Shown here: positions 1-9,623 of the stretch, one piece after another
Layout: every line of letters starts with the position of its first letter
Position numbering within the stretch: position 1 is the first letter of the stretch
DNA from: an uncultured Bacilli bacterium
GTDB lineage: Bacteria; Bacillota_I; Bacilli_A; ML615J-28; CAG-313
Assembly: GCA_947627685.1 (NCBI GenBank)
Contig: CANQWZ010000001.1
Coordinates: 1 to 52,198, forward strand
Length of the DNA stretch: 52,198 nucleotides
Reading direction: 5' to 3'
Made by a program: the position numbers and the translations under genes
Notes under the pieces: generated by a model
Database searches by the model: none
Told to the model about the DNA's origin: nothing
Seen by the model: only the letters and a program-made list of their open reading frames with translations

Positions 1-71
1 CTATAGCCAAGCGGTAAGGCAACGGACTTTGACTCCGTCATTCGATAGTTCGAATCTATCTAGCCCTACCA
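1..71 (+). tRNA. tRNA-Gln (anticodon UUG), 5' end cut by the window edge, CCA encoded
   Basis: D-arm GCCAAGCGGTAAGGC. Anticodon stem-loop ACGGA-CTTTGAC-TCCGT (anticodon TTG). T-arm GATAG-TTCGAAT-CTATC. Acceptor 3' strand TAGCCCT plus ACCA ends at 71, followed by a T-run. Confidence 0.85.
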
Positions 72-86
72 TTTTTTATAGAATTA

Positions 87-130
87 GATTGATGAATTCG
101 TGCTTTGTATGAACTTTCAATCTTTTTTTT
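87..130 (+). terminator. intrinsic terminator inside repeat copy 1
   Basis: GATTGA..GAATTCAT / ATGAACTT..TCAATC imperfect hairpin (about 13 bp with one bulge and one mismatch, 7-nt loop GCTTTGT), followed by T8. Confidence 0.6.
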
Positions 131-186
131 ATGCTTTTATAGCATATCAACTGTAAAACTTCAGGTAATAAAAAAAAGAATAGTTG

Positions 187-229
187 GATTGATGAATTCA
201 TGCTTTGTATGAACTTTCAATCTTTTTTT
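187..229 (+). terminator. intrinsic terminator inside repeat copy 2
   Basis: Same hairpin as copy 1 (187-222), followed by T7 (223-229). Confidence 0.6.
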
Positions 230-285
230 ATACTTTTATAGCATATCAACTGTAAAACTTCAGGTAATAAAAAAAAGAATAGTTG

Positions 286-328
286 GATTGATGAATTCAT
301 GCTTTGTATGAACTTTCAATCTTTTTTT
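286..328 (+). terminator. intrinsic terminator inside repeat copy 3
   Basis: Same hairpin (286-321), followed by T7 (322-328). Confidence 0.6.
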
Positions 329-374
329 ATACTTTTATAGCATATCATGTGTAAAACTTAAGATAATAAATAAT

Positions 375-403
375 TTGCTAAAAGAGAATAGTTGTGCTAT
401 AAT
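375..403 (+). promoter_or_regulatory. sigma-A type promoter with extended -10
   Basis: -35 TTGCTA (375-380), 17-nt spacer, TGc-TATAAT (-10 at 398-403). Confidence 0.6.
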
Positions 404-431
404 GATAAGTAATCATAAAGGATGTAATAAT

Positions 432-2351
432 ATGAGTAAAATAGATGATTTTTTATTTGAATTAGAAGATGAACTACGCTTTTTGAAGAAAAAAGATGCT
501 AACGAAATACTTAAATATTATCGTAATCGTATAAATATAGCTACCGACTATGGTGAAAAAGAAGAGCATATAATTGCTACAATGCCAACACCTAAAAAAA
601 TAGCTGATGAAATTTATAAATCTAAAGGTGTAAACTATTTAGAAAAAAGAACTAAACAAATACGTATAAAGCAAATATTTAATGCGATCTTTTCTACTAT
701 TTTATTAATAATGATTGCACTTGCTTTAATAAGTATTTTAGCCATTATGGTAGTTGCTAGTATCAAGCTAATTAATTTAATGATTTTATCATTTAAAATG
801 ATTGCGTTACTCGATACGATATCACTTGTTTTATTTATTATTTGTTATATATGTATTATTCTTATTGCTATGATATATGTATTCGATTTATTTTATATCA
901 TTGGTACGCATTTTTTAGCTAATATTTTAAATACACTTAAAAAGGACAAAAAAGAATATAAATTCATGAATTTTACTTTAAGTGGAAGTATTGGGCATAT
1001 TACTAAGAAAAAAAGGTTTCTTGTTTTTATGTTAGTAGGTTTTGTAGGAGGATTAATTGTTAGTGGTGTATTTAATTTTACAAATAAGGGATATATATAT
1101 CGTTCAATAAATGATGAAGTACAAATTAATAAAACCCTAAATGTTTCAGGTGGTACTAATAAAATAAAGATTTTAGAAAGCAGTGCTTTGATTAAATTTG
1201 TCCAAGATGATAATCTTGGTAATATTGTAATTAGTTATGGAACCGAATTTAATGCAAACCTAAATTATCATTATGAGGGTACAACTTTAATAATTGAACC
1301 AATTAAAACAACGACATATGATTTTTTGGGTTTATTAGATGAACCACTTCCTAGTATGCAAATTGCTATACCATTAAATTATAATCTTGAAGATATCGAA
1401 GTAGCTCTTAATGATGGTATTTTGGATATTGCTAATATCACAAAGCGTTTCAATGTCAAAATTACCGGTACTAGTTCAACTATTGCGTTAACAAAAAATA
1501 ATATTAACACTTTAGAAATAGAAGGATATCGGCTTGATTTTAATAATCAAGAAAACAATATAAATTATGCTAAAATTACCATGGATAGCGGCAACTACTG
1601 GGCTGATCAAGATATATGTAATGAATTAGAAATTGATAATCATACAGGTAGATTTATTTTTCAAAATAGCACTAGTCAAAAAATTACTATGAATGCTAAT
1701 GCCTCACAAAATGCTTTTGATAAAGCTAATATTGGTAGGATATCTTTTGCTTCCCAAAACGCGGAAAGTTATTTTAGAGATGTTGTTTTTGAAAAAGAGG
1801 TTAGCCTATCTTCTAGAGGGGCATCTAAGATTACTATTGAAAGAGTAGTTGTTTTAGAAGATATTAGCTTAAGTGTTGCAAGTGGTACTATCAAAACCGA
1901 ATATATGAAGGCTAAACAGATAAATTTAGATTTAAAGCAAGGCGTAATTACTTTAGATAGCATTGGTAAAGATATTACAACAAGTGGTGAAAATACTTAT
2001 TTTAATAATTATAATGCCTATAATATTGAAAGCAAGCTAAGTATTACATCTAATAAAGGTGATATAGCACTTACTAATATAATAATAAATCAATTAAGTG
2101 GCACCTTAAATGAGGGGCGGTTAGAAATTAGTTATTCTAATATTTTAACAACTAGTTTAGAAGAAAATAATGTTACAATTAGTATTAATGATTTAGATGG
2201 TAGTAATTTTGATTTAAACGTAAATAAAGGTAATATTTATTTTTATAATGATCATATAGATAGTAATATCATAGTAAAAATAACTGGCAATAAGCTTTCA
2301 GCTAATTTATCAATTGATAAAAAGATTAACCAAGTAGAAGATGAGGAATAA
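432..2351 (+). CDS. membrane protein: DUF1700/HAAS-like N-terminal helical domain, multi-pass TM block, C-terminal DUF4097-like beta-repeat ('putative adhesin') domain
   Basis: N-terminus [34 protein letters not shown] is typical of DUF1700. Several long hydrophobic helices follow, then about 400 aa of repetitive N/I/T-rich short strands. ATG 432 with SD AAAGGA (417-422) is preferred over the track start at 375, which lies in the -35 box. Confidence 0.6.
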   Translation: MSKIDDFLFELEDELRFLKKKDANEILKYYRNRINIATDYGEKEEHIIATMPTPKKIADEIYKSKGVNYLEKRTKQIRIKQIFNAIFSTILLIMIALALISILAIMVVASIKLINLMILSFKMIALLDTISLVLFIICYICIILIAMIYVFDLFYIIGTHFLANILNTLKKDKKEYKFMNFTLSGSIGHITKKKRFLVFMLVGFVGGLIVSGVFNFTNKGYIYRSINDEVQINKTLNVSGGTNKIKILESSALIKFVQDDNLGNIVISYGTEFNANLNYHYEGTTLIIEPIKTTTYDFLGLLDEPLPSMQIAIPLNYNLEDIEVALNDGILDIANITKRFNVKITGTSSTIALTKNNINTLEIEGYRLDFNNQENNINYAKITMDSGNYWADQDICNELEIDNHTGRFIFQNSTSQKITMNANASQNAFDKANIGRISFASQNAESYFRDVVFEKEVSLSSRGASKITIERVVVLEDISLSVASGTIKTEYMKAKQINLDLKQGVITLDSIGKDITTSGENTYFNNYNAYNIESKLSITSNKGDIALTNIIINQLSGTLNEGRLEISYSNILTTSLEENNVTISINDLDGSNFDLNVNKGNIYFYNDHIDSNIIVKITGNKLSANLSIDKKINQVEDEE

Positions 2352-2374
2352 AAAAATGCATAAAGGAGAAGAAA

Positions 2375-3610
2375 ATGTTAAAAGATAAAGATCAAGAAAT
2401 TTATGATGCTATATGTCTTGAAAGCAAAAGGCAAGAAGAACATTTAGAGTTAATAGCTTCGGAAAATTATGTATCTAGTGAGGTTTTAGAAGCGGCAGGA
2501 TCAATTCTTACTAATAAATACGCCGAAGGTTACCCCGGTCACCGATATTATGGGGGATGTCAATATGTTGATATGGTTGAAAGCCTTGCTAAAGAAAGGC
2601 TTAAAAAGCTCTTTGATGCTAAATATGTTAATGTTCAACCTCATTCAGGATCACAAGCTAATATGGCCGCATACCGTAGCTTGCTTGAAGCAGGCGATAC
2701 CGTTTTAGGTCTTGCTTTAGATCATGGTGGACACTTAACTCATGGTCATACACTTAGTTTTTCAGGTCAAGATTATCATTTTATTTCTTATCATTTAAAT
2801 AGTGATGGCTTCATTGATTATGATGAAGTAGAACGCCTTGCGAAAACGTATCATCCTAAATTAATTGTTACGGGGGCTAGTGCCTATCCTAGGGCAATTG
2901 ATTTTAAAAAATTTAGCCAAATTGCTAAAGATAGTGGCGCCTATTTAATGGTGGATATGGCTCATATTGCGGGACTTGTCGCAGCCGGCTTACATGAAAA
3001 TCCGGTTTTATATGCTGATGTTGTAACATCAACAACGCATAAAACTTTAAGAGGTCCAAGGGGCGGTATCATCCTTACTAATAACGAAGAAATTGCTAAA
3101 AAAATTGATCGTAATTTATTTCCTGGCATCCAAGGTGGTCCGCTTATGCATATTATTGCTGCGAAAGCCGTGTGTTTTAAAGAAGCTTTAACTGAAGAAT
3201 TTAAAGATTATCAAAAACAAGTTGTAAAAAACGCCTCAGCGCTTGCTAAAAAATTAATAGACCTTGGTTATAAACTAGTTAGTGGCGGAACTGATAATCA
3301 TTTAATTTTAGTAGATGTCAAAGCATCTGTTGGCCTAACTGGCAAAAAAGCCGAAGTGCTTTTAGGAAGCGTTAATATTACTTGTAATAAAAATACGATA
3401 CCAAATGATTCAGAAAAACCTATGATTACAAGTGGTATTCGGATTGGAACTCCAGCTATTACAACTAGGGGTATGGGTGAAAAAGAAGCTATAAAAATAG
3501 CTATTTTAATGGATAAGGTTTTGCGCAACCCTGATGATGAAATGCTAAAAAGAAGCGTTAAAGCAGATGTTTTAAAGTTAACTAAAGAATTTCCAATTTT
3601 CACAATATAA
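2375..3610 (+). CDS. glyA: serine hydroxymethyltransferase
   Basis: Motifs [22 protein letters not shown] and [14 protein letters not shown] (PLP lysine). 411 aa. SD AAAGGAGAA. Confidence 0.97.
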   Translation: MLKDKDQEIYDAICLESKRQEEHLELIASENYVSSEVLEAAGSILTNKYAEGYPGHRYYGGCQYVDMVESLAKERLKKLFDAKYVNVQPHSGSQANMAAYRSLLEAGDTVLGLALDHGGHLTHGHTLSFSGQDYHFISYHLNSDGFIDYDEVERLAKTYHPKLIVTGASAYPRAIDFKKFSQIAKDSGAYLMVDMAHIAGLVAAGLHENPVLYADVVTSTTHKTLRGPRGGIILTNNEEIAKKIDRNLFPGIQGGPLMHIIAAKAVCFKEALTEEFKDYQKQVVKNASALAKKLIDLGYKLVSGGTDNHLILVDVKASVGLTGKKAEVLLGSVNITCNKNTIPNDSEKPMITSGIRIGTPAITTRGMGEKEAIKIAILMDKVLRNPDDEMLKRSVKADVLKLTKEFPIFTI

Positions 3611-3613
3611 AAA

Positions 3614-3642
3614 TTGACATCAAAAAGTCAGTATGATATAAT
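3614..3642 (+). promoter_or_regulatory. near-consensus promoter upstream of trkA
   Basis: TTGACA (3614-3619), 17-nt spacer, TGa-TATAAT (-10 at 3637-3642). Confidence 0.6.
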
Positions 3643-3655
3643 ATATATAATTAAT

Positions 3656-3680
3656 ACTCTAGTATTACTAGAGTTTTTAT
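3656..3680 (+). terminator. hairpin plus T-run (glyA terminator, or attenuator in the trkA leader)
   Basis: ACTCTAGT (3656-3663) / ACTAGAGT (3667-3674), 3-nt loop, then TTTTTATTATT. Confidence 0.55.
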
Positions 3681-3698
3681 TATTCTGCGAGGTAAAAA

Positions 3699-5054
3699 AT
3701 GAAAATAGTCGTAATCGGTTGTGGCACTATAGGAAAGACTATTGTAGAATATGCTAGCAAAGAAGGACATAGCGTAATCATAATTGATGATAATAAAAAA
3801 AATGTTGAAGAACTCATTGAAAAATTTGATATTATGGGTGTAGTAGGTAATGGCGCAAGTTTAGATATTCAAGAAGAAGCTACCGTCAAAAATGCTGACT
3901 TAGTAATTGCTGTAACACCAAGTGATGAAATTAATATTTTAGCTACTATGGTAGCTAAAAAATTGGGTGCTCCTTCTACTATTGCTAGAGTTAGAAGCCC
4001 CCAATATTTAAAACAAATCGAACTAATGAAAGAAGACTTAGGCCTTTCAATGGTTGTTAATCCTGAAAGGGAAACGGCCGATGAAATTGTTAAAATGATT
4101 AATTTACCATCTTTGTTAAAAAGTGAAAATTTTGCGAAAGGCAAAGTTAATCTATTCGAAATATTAGTAGAAGATGGCAATCCTTTAATTGGTGAAACCC
4201 TCATTTCCATGAGTAAAAAAATCAAAACTAAAGTCTTAATATGCGCTGTTCAAAGATCAGAACAAGTAATCATTCCTAGTGGTAACTTTATGATTGAAAA
4301 AGGAGACAGATTAAATATAACGGCCGATGAAAATAGTGTAAATGACTTTTTAGCTGAACTTGGTCTAATCAAAACGCCGCTTAAAAATATTATGATTATC
4401 GGTGGCGGTATTATTGGATATTATCTAGCTAATGATTTAGCCAATAAAAAATATCGCGTAAAATTAATAGAATCAGATCCTAAACGAGCAGAAGAACTTG
4501 CAGAATTATTACCTAAAGTAACAATTATTTTAGGAGATGGTACCGATCAAGAATTGTTAGTAGAAGAAGGTATTGATAAAGCTGATGCATGTGTTGCACT
4601 TACTAACATTGATGAAGAAAATATAATTGTTTCCATGTATGCTAGACGTTTGAAATTGAAAAAGGTTATTGCTAAAGTCAAAAGGAGTAGTTTTTTAGGT
4701 ATGGTTGATAGCCTTGGTGTTGCAAGTTTAGTATCCCCTAAAGATATTGCCTCAAGTAGAGTTGTAAGTTATATTAGAGCCCTATCTAATACTAAAGGTA
4801 GTAATGTTGTTACATTATATAAACTTGTAAATAATAGCGTTGAAGCCCTTGAATTTTATGCTAAGAAAAAGAAAAGATTTTTTGATAAGCCACTAAAAGA
4901 TTTATCAATTAAAGAAAATTGTTTAATTGCTTGTATTATTAGAGATGGCAGTGTAATAATTCCTAATGGTAATGACTGTATAAAATTAAATGATAGTGTA
5001 ATTGTTGTTACTACTCATCAACAATTCGATGATTTAATGGATGCTTTTAATTAG
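3699..5054 (+). CDS. trkA: Trk/Ktr potassium uptake regulatory subunit TrkA (double RCK)
   Basis: Two Rossmann GxGxxG motifs (VIGCGTIGK, IIGGGIIGY), each followed by an RCK_C-like segment. 451 aa. Directly upstream of trkH. Confidence 0.9.
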   Translation: MKIVVIGCGTIGKTIVEYASKEGHSVIIIDDNKKNVEELIEKFDIMGVVGNGASLDIQEEATVKNADLVIAVTPSDEINILATMVAKKLGAPSTIARVRSPQYLKQIELMKEDLGLSMVVNPERETADEIVKMINLPSLLKSENFAKGKVNLFEILVEDGNPLIGETLISMSKKIKTKVLICAVQRSEQVIIPSGNFMIEKGDRLNITADENSVNDFLAELGLIKTPLKNIMIIGGGIIGYYLANDLANKKYRVKLIESDPKRAEELAELLPKVTIILGDGTDQELLVEEGIDKADACVALTNIDEENIIVSMYARRLKLKKVIAKVKRSSFLGMVDSLGVASLVSPKDIASSRVVSYIRALSNTKGSNVVTLYKLVNNSVEALEFYAKKKKRFFDKPLKDLSIKENCLIACIIRDGSVIIPNGNDCIKLNDSVIVVTTHQQFDDLMDAFN

Positions 5055-5063
5055 GTAAGTTTT

Positions 5064-6590
5064 ATGAATCATAAAGTCATTGGCAAAATTATTGGTAAGA
5101 TCATGATTCTTGAAGGAATTATGATGCTTGCACCACTTCTTGTAGCTATTATATATAAAGAATCTTATTTATATATATTATCATTTGCTATCCCTAGTGC
5201 TTTATTAATAATAGCAGGAGGTCTTTTACAACTATTAAAACCATCTAGGAGTAGTCTTTATCAAAAAGAAGGTTTTGCAATTTGTGCTATTGTTTGGATT
5301 GTTATGACTATTTTTGGGGCATTACCTTTTGTTATTAATCGTGATATTCCCAATTATATTGATGCTGTATTTGAAACCATGTCGGGTTTTACAACCACTG
5401 GTGCTAGTATTGTAAAAGATGTTACCGTTTTGAGTCATAGTAGTTTATTTTGGCGAAGTTTTACACACTGGATAGGTGGCATGGGAATATTAGTATTTAT
5501 TCTTATTTTTATACCTGAAAGTAATGATGGTTCTTCACTCCATTTGTTAAAGGCCGAAAGCCCAGGGCCAAGTGTTGGTAAGCTTGCCACTAAAATGAAA
5601 ATGACAACGCGTATACTTTATTTAATATATTTAGGATTAACCATTCTTGAAGTTGTTTTATTACTGCTTACTCCTAAAAATATTGTTGATGGTAAAGTAT
5701 ATAAAATGAACTTATTTGAAAGTTTGTTAGCATCTTTTGGTAGTGCAGGTACAGGGGGCTTTGGTTTTGTTAGTAATAGCATGGAATTTTATAGTCCCGC
5801 AACACAATATATTATTGCTACCTTTTTGATTATTTTTGGCGTTAATTTTAGTCTTTATTATTTAATATTAATTGGCAAAGTCAAAGAAGTATTTAAAAGT
5901 GAAGAATTTAAAACATATTTGATCATCATTTTTTTAGCTGTTGTGGTTATAACCTTTAACATTGTAGGTAAAATTAATAGTTTTGCGACACTTGAAAAAT
6001 CCTTTAGAGATGCCTATTTCCAAGTCGCCTCCATTATGACAACGACTGGTTATACGACTGTCAATTATGATAAATGGCCTGAACTTTCCAAATTTATTAT
6101 TATATTACTAATGGTTGTTGGTGCGATGGCTGGTTCAACGGGTGGAGGCTTGAAAGTGTCAAGACTCGTAATGGCAGTTAAGGGTTGCTTTATTAAGATT
6201 AAAAAATTAATTAACCCAAGATATGTTGTTAAAAGTAAATTCGAAGGTAAAACTTTAGACGATAATATCACAAGTGATGTTTTTAGCTTTTTTGTAATGT
6301 ATTTTTTAATTGCCTTTATAGTTATTTTAATTTTATCAACTGATCCTGTTAATGGTAAAACGTTTATAATAGACAAAAAAGAAGTAACACATGGTTTTGT
6401 TTCTAATTTTACTGCCACCATCTCTTGCCTTTCTAATATTGGTCCAGGACTTGAGGCTGTAGGGCCATATGGATCATTTGCTGAATACAGTTTATTTTCT
6501 AAAATAATTTTAACTTTTACAATGCTAATTGGTAGACTTGAAATTTTACCCGTATTAATTTTATTTAATATTAGAACATGGAAAAAATAA
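5064..6590 (+). CDS. trkH: Trk/Ktr potassium transporter membrane subunit TrkH
   Basis: Four pore-loop signatures: MSGFTTTGAS, SAGTGGFG, IMTTTGYTT, AGSTGGGLKVSR. Polytopic, 508 aa. Confidence 0.9.
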   Translation: MNHKVIGKIIGKIMILEGIMMLAPLLVAIIYKESYLYILSFAIPSALLIIAGGLLQLLKPSRSSLYQKEGFAICAIVWIVMTIFGALPFVINRDIPNYIDAVFETMSGFTTTGASIVKDVTVLSHSSLFWRSFTHWIGGMGILVFILIFIPESNDGSSLHLLKAESPGPSVGKLATKMKMTTRILYLIYLGLTILEVVLLLLTPKNIVDGKVYKMNLFESLLASFGSAGTGGFGFVSNSMEFYSPATQYIIATFLIIFGVNFSLYYLILIGKVKEVFKSEEFKTYLIIIFLAVVVITFNIVGKINSFATLEKSFRDAYFQVASIMTTTGYTTVNYDKWPELSKFIIILLMVVGAMAGSTGGGLKVSRLVMAVKGCFIKIKKLINPRYVVKSKFEGKTLDDNITSDVFSFFVMYFLIAFIVILILSTDPVNGKTFIIDKKEVTHGFVSNFTATISCLSNIGPGLEAVGPYGSFAEYSLFSKIILTFTMLIGRLEILPVLILFNIRTWKK

Positions 6591-6603
6591 GAGGAAAAAG
6601 AAT

Positions 6604-7638
6604 ATGAATGAAGTTTTAGAATATTTTCAAAAAATTATTACAACGCCTTTTGCTAAAGATATAACAGTTTATGGCTATGAATTTAATTATCAACATCATT
6701 TAATAACTAGTCCCATCTTTTATCTTTTTGATGAATTAAATATTATTGAAAATATTGCGCCACTTAGTAATGAAAATAGAGATGGTAGGATTAGAGAGAA
6801 AAAATATATCGTCATTCATGATACTGGTGATACTACATCATATCGAGATGCTAAATACTGGAGTAATGTTGTTAAAACTGAGGATTATGAAAATAAGCCT
6901 TATAAAGCAAGTTTTCAATATGTTGTTTCTAATAAAGGTATTTATCATAATATCCCTGATGATGAAATTGCATATCATGCTGGTGATAGCACAAAATATG
7001 ACTATGCTTTATATGATACAGGTATTCTTGCAGCACCTAAAATGGATATCGATATAAAAGATGGCTATTACTATATTAATAATCAAAATACTATGATTAA
7101 GGCACCTTCAGCAGATAAAATTCTAACCAAGAAGGATTTTAATGATAATGGTATTTTGGTGGTTATTAAAAATGGTACTTATCATATAGGTGAAACTTAT
7201 TTTAATGAAACATACCAAAAAATTGCTAATCGTGGCGGTAATAATAATGGTATAGGCATTGAAATGTGCATTAATGAGGGTGAAAATATATATCTAAATT
7301 ATCAAATATTAGCTAAGCTTTGTGCCCAATTAATGGATCAAAACCACCTAGAAATTAAAGATATCTTACCACACCATTATTTTAGTGGCAAAGATTGTCC
7401 AATGACCATGCGAAAGAATCAGCTATGGGAACATTTCTTAAAATTAGTAGAAGTAGAATATCAAGTGTTAACTTTAAAAAAAGCCGGATATATCATTACT
7501 TTAGAACCAATAAGTACTAATATTACTAAGCAAGGTTTACTTAAAGATTTAAATAGCGAGATTAGATTCATCATTAAAACTAAAAAAGATAACGTTATAG
7601 ATTCTTATGAATACCATATCAAAAACACATCTTGCTAA
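6604..7638 (+). CDS. N-acetylmuramoyl-L-alanine amidase family protein (Amidase_2/PGRP fold), no signal peptide
   Basis: Motifs IVIHDTGDT, AYHAGD, GIGIEMC, HHYFSGKDCP. About 80 aa N-terminal and about 70 aa C-terminal extensions. Confidence 0.7.
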   Translation: MNEVLEYFQKIITTPFAKDITVYGYEFNYQHHLITSPIFYLFDELNIIENIAPLSNENRDGRIREKKYIVIHDTGDTTSYRDAKYWSNVVKTEDYENKPYKASFQYVVSNKGIYHNIPDDEIAYHAGDSTKYDYALYDTGILAAPKMDIDIKDGYYYINNQNTMIKAPSADKILTKKDFNDNGILVVIKNGTYHIGETYFNETYQKIANRGGNNNGIGIEMCINEGENIYLNYQILAKLCAQLMDQNHLEIKDILPHHYFSGKDCPMTMRKNQLWEHFLKLVEVEYQVLTLKKAGYIITLEPISTNITKQGLLKDLNSEIRFIIKTKKDNVIDSYEYHIKNTSC

Positions 7639-8278
7639 ATATTTAAAAAATAATGGTAATTATACCAAAAGTGAAATTAAAACCTTGATCAAGCAAAAAA
7701 GGGTTCTTGTGAATAATACATATCAACCCTTATCATATATCGTTTCTGATGATGATGAAGTTTTGGTAGATGGTAAGAAAATTACTAAAGTTGATTATGT
7801 TTATTATCTTTATCATAAACCACTAGGAATAATTTGTACTAATAATACGAAAATAGATAACAATATCATTAGCCATCTTAACCTTGATAGAAGAGTGTTT
7901 TGTGTAGGCAGATTAGATAAAAATACGAGTGGTTTAATCCTTCTAACTAATGATGGTCTTTTTGCAAACAACCTAATAAATGCTACTAATCATATTGAAA
8001 AAGAATATGAAGTGGTTTTAAAAAAGCCTATTACAGATGAATTTATTACTAAAATGCAATCACAAATTACTTTGCGTGGTAAAAAAACGCTCCCCGCAAA
8101 ACTTAAAGTAATAAATAACTTTACCATACATGTCACAATAACTGAAGGTAAATATCATCAGATTAGAAGGCTTGTTATATATGCATCTAATTATATTGAA
8201 AGTTTAAAAAGAATTAGAATTGGCACATATCAACTTGATGATTTAAAAATAGATGAAATTAAACAAATAAAATTATAA
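7607..8278 (+). CDS. RsuA/RluB/RluF-family rRNA pseudouridine synthase
   Basis: S4-like N-terminus, catalytic GRLDKNTSGLILLTNDG, C-terminal EGKYHQIRR. Overlaps the amidase gene by 32 nt. Confidence 0.85.
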   Translation: MNTISKTHLAKYLKNNGNYTKSEIKTLIKQKRVLVNNTYQPLSYIVSDDDEVLVDGKKITKVDYVYYLYHKPLGIICTNNTKIDNNIISHLNLDRRVFCVGRLDKNTSGLILLTNDGLFANNLINATNHIEKEYEVVLKKPITDEFITKMQSQITLRGKKTLPAKLKVINNFTIHVTITEGKYHQIRRLVIYASNYIESLKRIRIGTYQLDDLKIDEIKQIKL

Positions 8279-8290
8279 GGAGGAAAAAAA

Positions 8291-8773
8291 GTGAAAAAAT
8301 TTAGAATTGTTTTGTTAATTATGGTTAGTATTTTAATGGTAACTTTTTGCACATCTTGTAAAGATAAAACAAAAGTTTTTGCTAAAGGTGGCATTACAGT
8401 TACGCTTACTGATAAATTCAAAGAGGTTGAAAGTGATGAATTTATCATATATTTAGAAAACAATGGTATATATTTTTCAGGTGAAAGCTTTGATAAAAGT
8501 GATACAAAATTAGAAAGCTTCACCAAAGATATTTTACAAAATAAAGAAGAAGCTACTAAAGTATATACATATACATTAGATAGCGAAACATTCCAATTTG
8601 CATACTATACAGTTAAAAGCGAGAAAAATGAAGATTTACTATATCGCTATATGTTAGTTACTAAAGAAGGTCAAGATAAATACTATGTAATGAATTTTTG
8701 GACCCTTAATAAAGATTTTGGAGAATATGAAGAACAGTTTTTTAACTGGGCTAAAACTATTAAAGTAGCATAA
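8291..8773 (+). CDS. small secreted protein or lipoprotein, function unknown
   Basis: GTG start after SD AAGGAGG. Hydrophobic signal sequence ending ..MVTFCTSCKDK (non-canonical lipobox). 160 aa. Confidence 0.5.
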   Translation: MKKFRIVLLIMVSILMVTFCTSCKDKTKVFAKGGITVTLTDKFKEVESDEFIIYLENNGIYFSGESFDKSDTKLESFTKDILQNKEEATKVYTYTLDSETFQFAYYTVKSEKNEDLLYRYMLVTKEGQDKYYVMNFWTLNKDFGEYEEQFFNWAKTIKVA

Positions 8774-8777
8774 AAAA

Positions 8778-8816
8778 AACGTTGTTAACCACTTATATAG
8801 GTTAGCAACGTTTTTT
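8778..8816. terminator. bidirectional terminator between convergent genes
   Basis: AACGTTGTTAACC / GGTTAGCAACGTT stem (one G-U pair), flanked by an A-run and a T-run. Confidence 0.7.
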
Positions 8817-9623
8817 CTATATTGTAAACATAATAAATTTTAAAGTATCAATAAAATTATTGGTTTTATGACCAGTTTTATCATCATTAATAACATAAGC
8901 ATTAGGATAAAAAGAAGCACGATAAGCATCTTTAGGATGACGATAGTGAATCTCGGTTTCAATAATACGGGGAATGATGATATTTAATTCAGTTTTTTTA
9001 GTTTGTAAAGTATGAATAGCTTTTTTTGTTTTTTCCCCAATCTCATCTAATACAGCATCAGGGTGCCTACTAATAGTTGCTCCATACATACCTTTAAAGG
9101 TTGCAACTGTTTCAATCAAACCATTTTCTTCTTTTACTTTTTTAGTTAGTCCTTCATCACCACTTACCAAAATAACAGGGACATTTTTCGTTTTTGCAAA
9201 ATAGGCATTAAGTAAAAATTCACTGGCTTTTTTATTGTTGATTTTAATATGATTGATACAAGTTGACATCGTATGTGATAAAGGATTTTCAAGACTACGC
9301 GACTCACTATGATAACCAATGAAAATAACACCGTCAAAACTCTCATCTAAACCGGCCATCATATCGCAAACAGAACCTTCCCAACCTCTAATTAGTTTTA
9401 CTTCTTTTGGTAAAAGGTTAGGAATGATATTTCTTGCTTCATCATGTGCATCACGAACATATATATCAGTAATACCACTATCAATTAACGCTTTACAACA
9501 TGTAGCAACTTCACTTGTTAATTCTTTTTGGAAGTAACTATAGTCAGGTTTATGTAAATTAGTTTCATCCCAGTTGCAAATGCCACAAACACCTTCAATA
9601 TCAGCACTAATATAAATTTTCAT
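8817..9623 (-). CDS. dppA: D-aminopeptidase DppA (peptidase M55)
   Basis: MKIYISADIEGVCGI N-terminus and overall M55 pattern. The ATG overlaps the aspA stop (TAATG). Confidence 0.8.
   Translation of the reverse strand: MKIYISADIEGVCGICNWDETNLHKPDYSYFQKELTSEVATCCKALIDSGITDIYVRDAHDEARNIIPNLLPKEVKLIRGWEGSVCDMMAGLDESFDGVIFIGYHSESRSLENPLSHTMSTCINHIKINNKKASEFLLNAYFAKTKNVPVILVSGDEGLTKKVKEENGLIETVATFKGMYGATISRHPDAVLDEIGEKTKKAIHTLQTKKTELNIIIPRIIETEIHYRHPKDAYRASFYPNAYVINDDKTGHKTNNFIDTLKFIMFTI

Larger units (their letters stand above)
78..385. repeat. three tandem copies of a ~100-bp unit (unit starts ~87, 187, 286)
   Basis: Units 87-186 and 187-285 are near-identical; differences seen are G100/A200, T8 vs T7 run, and G133/A232. 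The third copy diverges after ~345 and runs into the promoter of the next gene. Each unit contains the palindrome ATGAATTCAT (EcoRI site). Confidence 0.9.

Noticed and set aside
87-385. The tandem repeats as a CRISPR array or as att/integration scars next to the tRNA.
   Set aside because: The units are contiguous with no unique spacers, are about 100 bp long, and do not duplicate the tRNA 3' end. There are no cas or integrase genes nearby.
375-431. Track ORF start at 375 (TTG), giving a 658-aa protein.
   Set aside because: The TTG is the first half of the -35 box TTGCTA of a good extended -10 promoter, so it would not be transcribed as coding sequence. ATG 432 has a proper SD.
3643-3698. c-di-AMP (ydaO) or other riboswitch upstream of trkAH.
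   Set aside because: The leader is only about 50 nt and holds a single simple hairpin, which is far too short for known K+-related riboswitches.
6746-7057. 103-aa same-strand ORF nested in the amidase gene in another frame.
   Set aside because: The translation is M/I/L-rich nonsense from AT-rich sequence, while the overlapping frame carries the Amidase_2 motifs.
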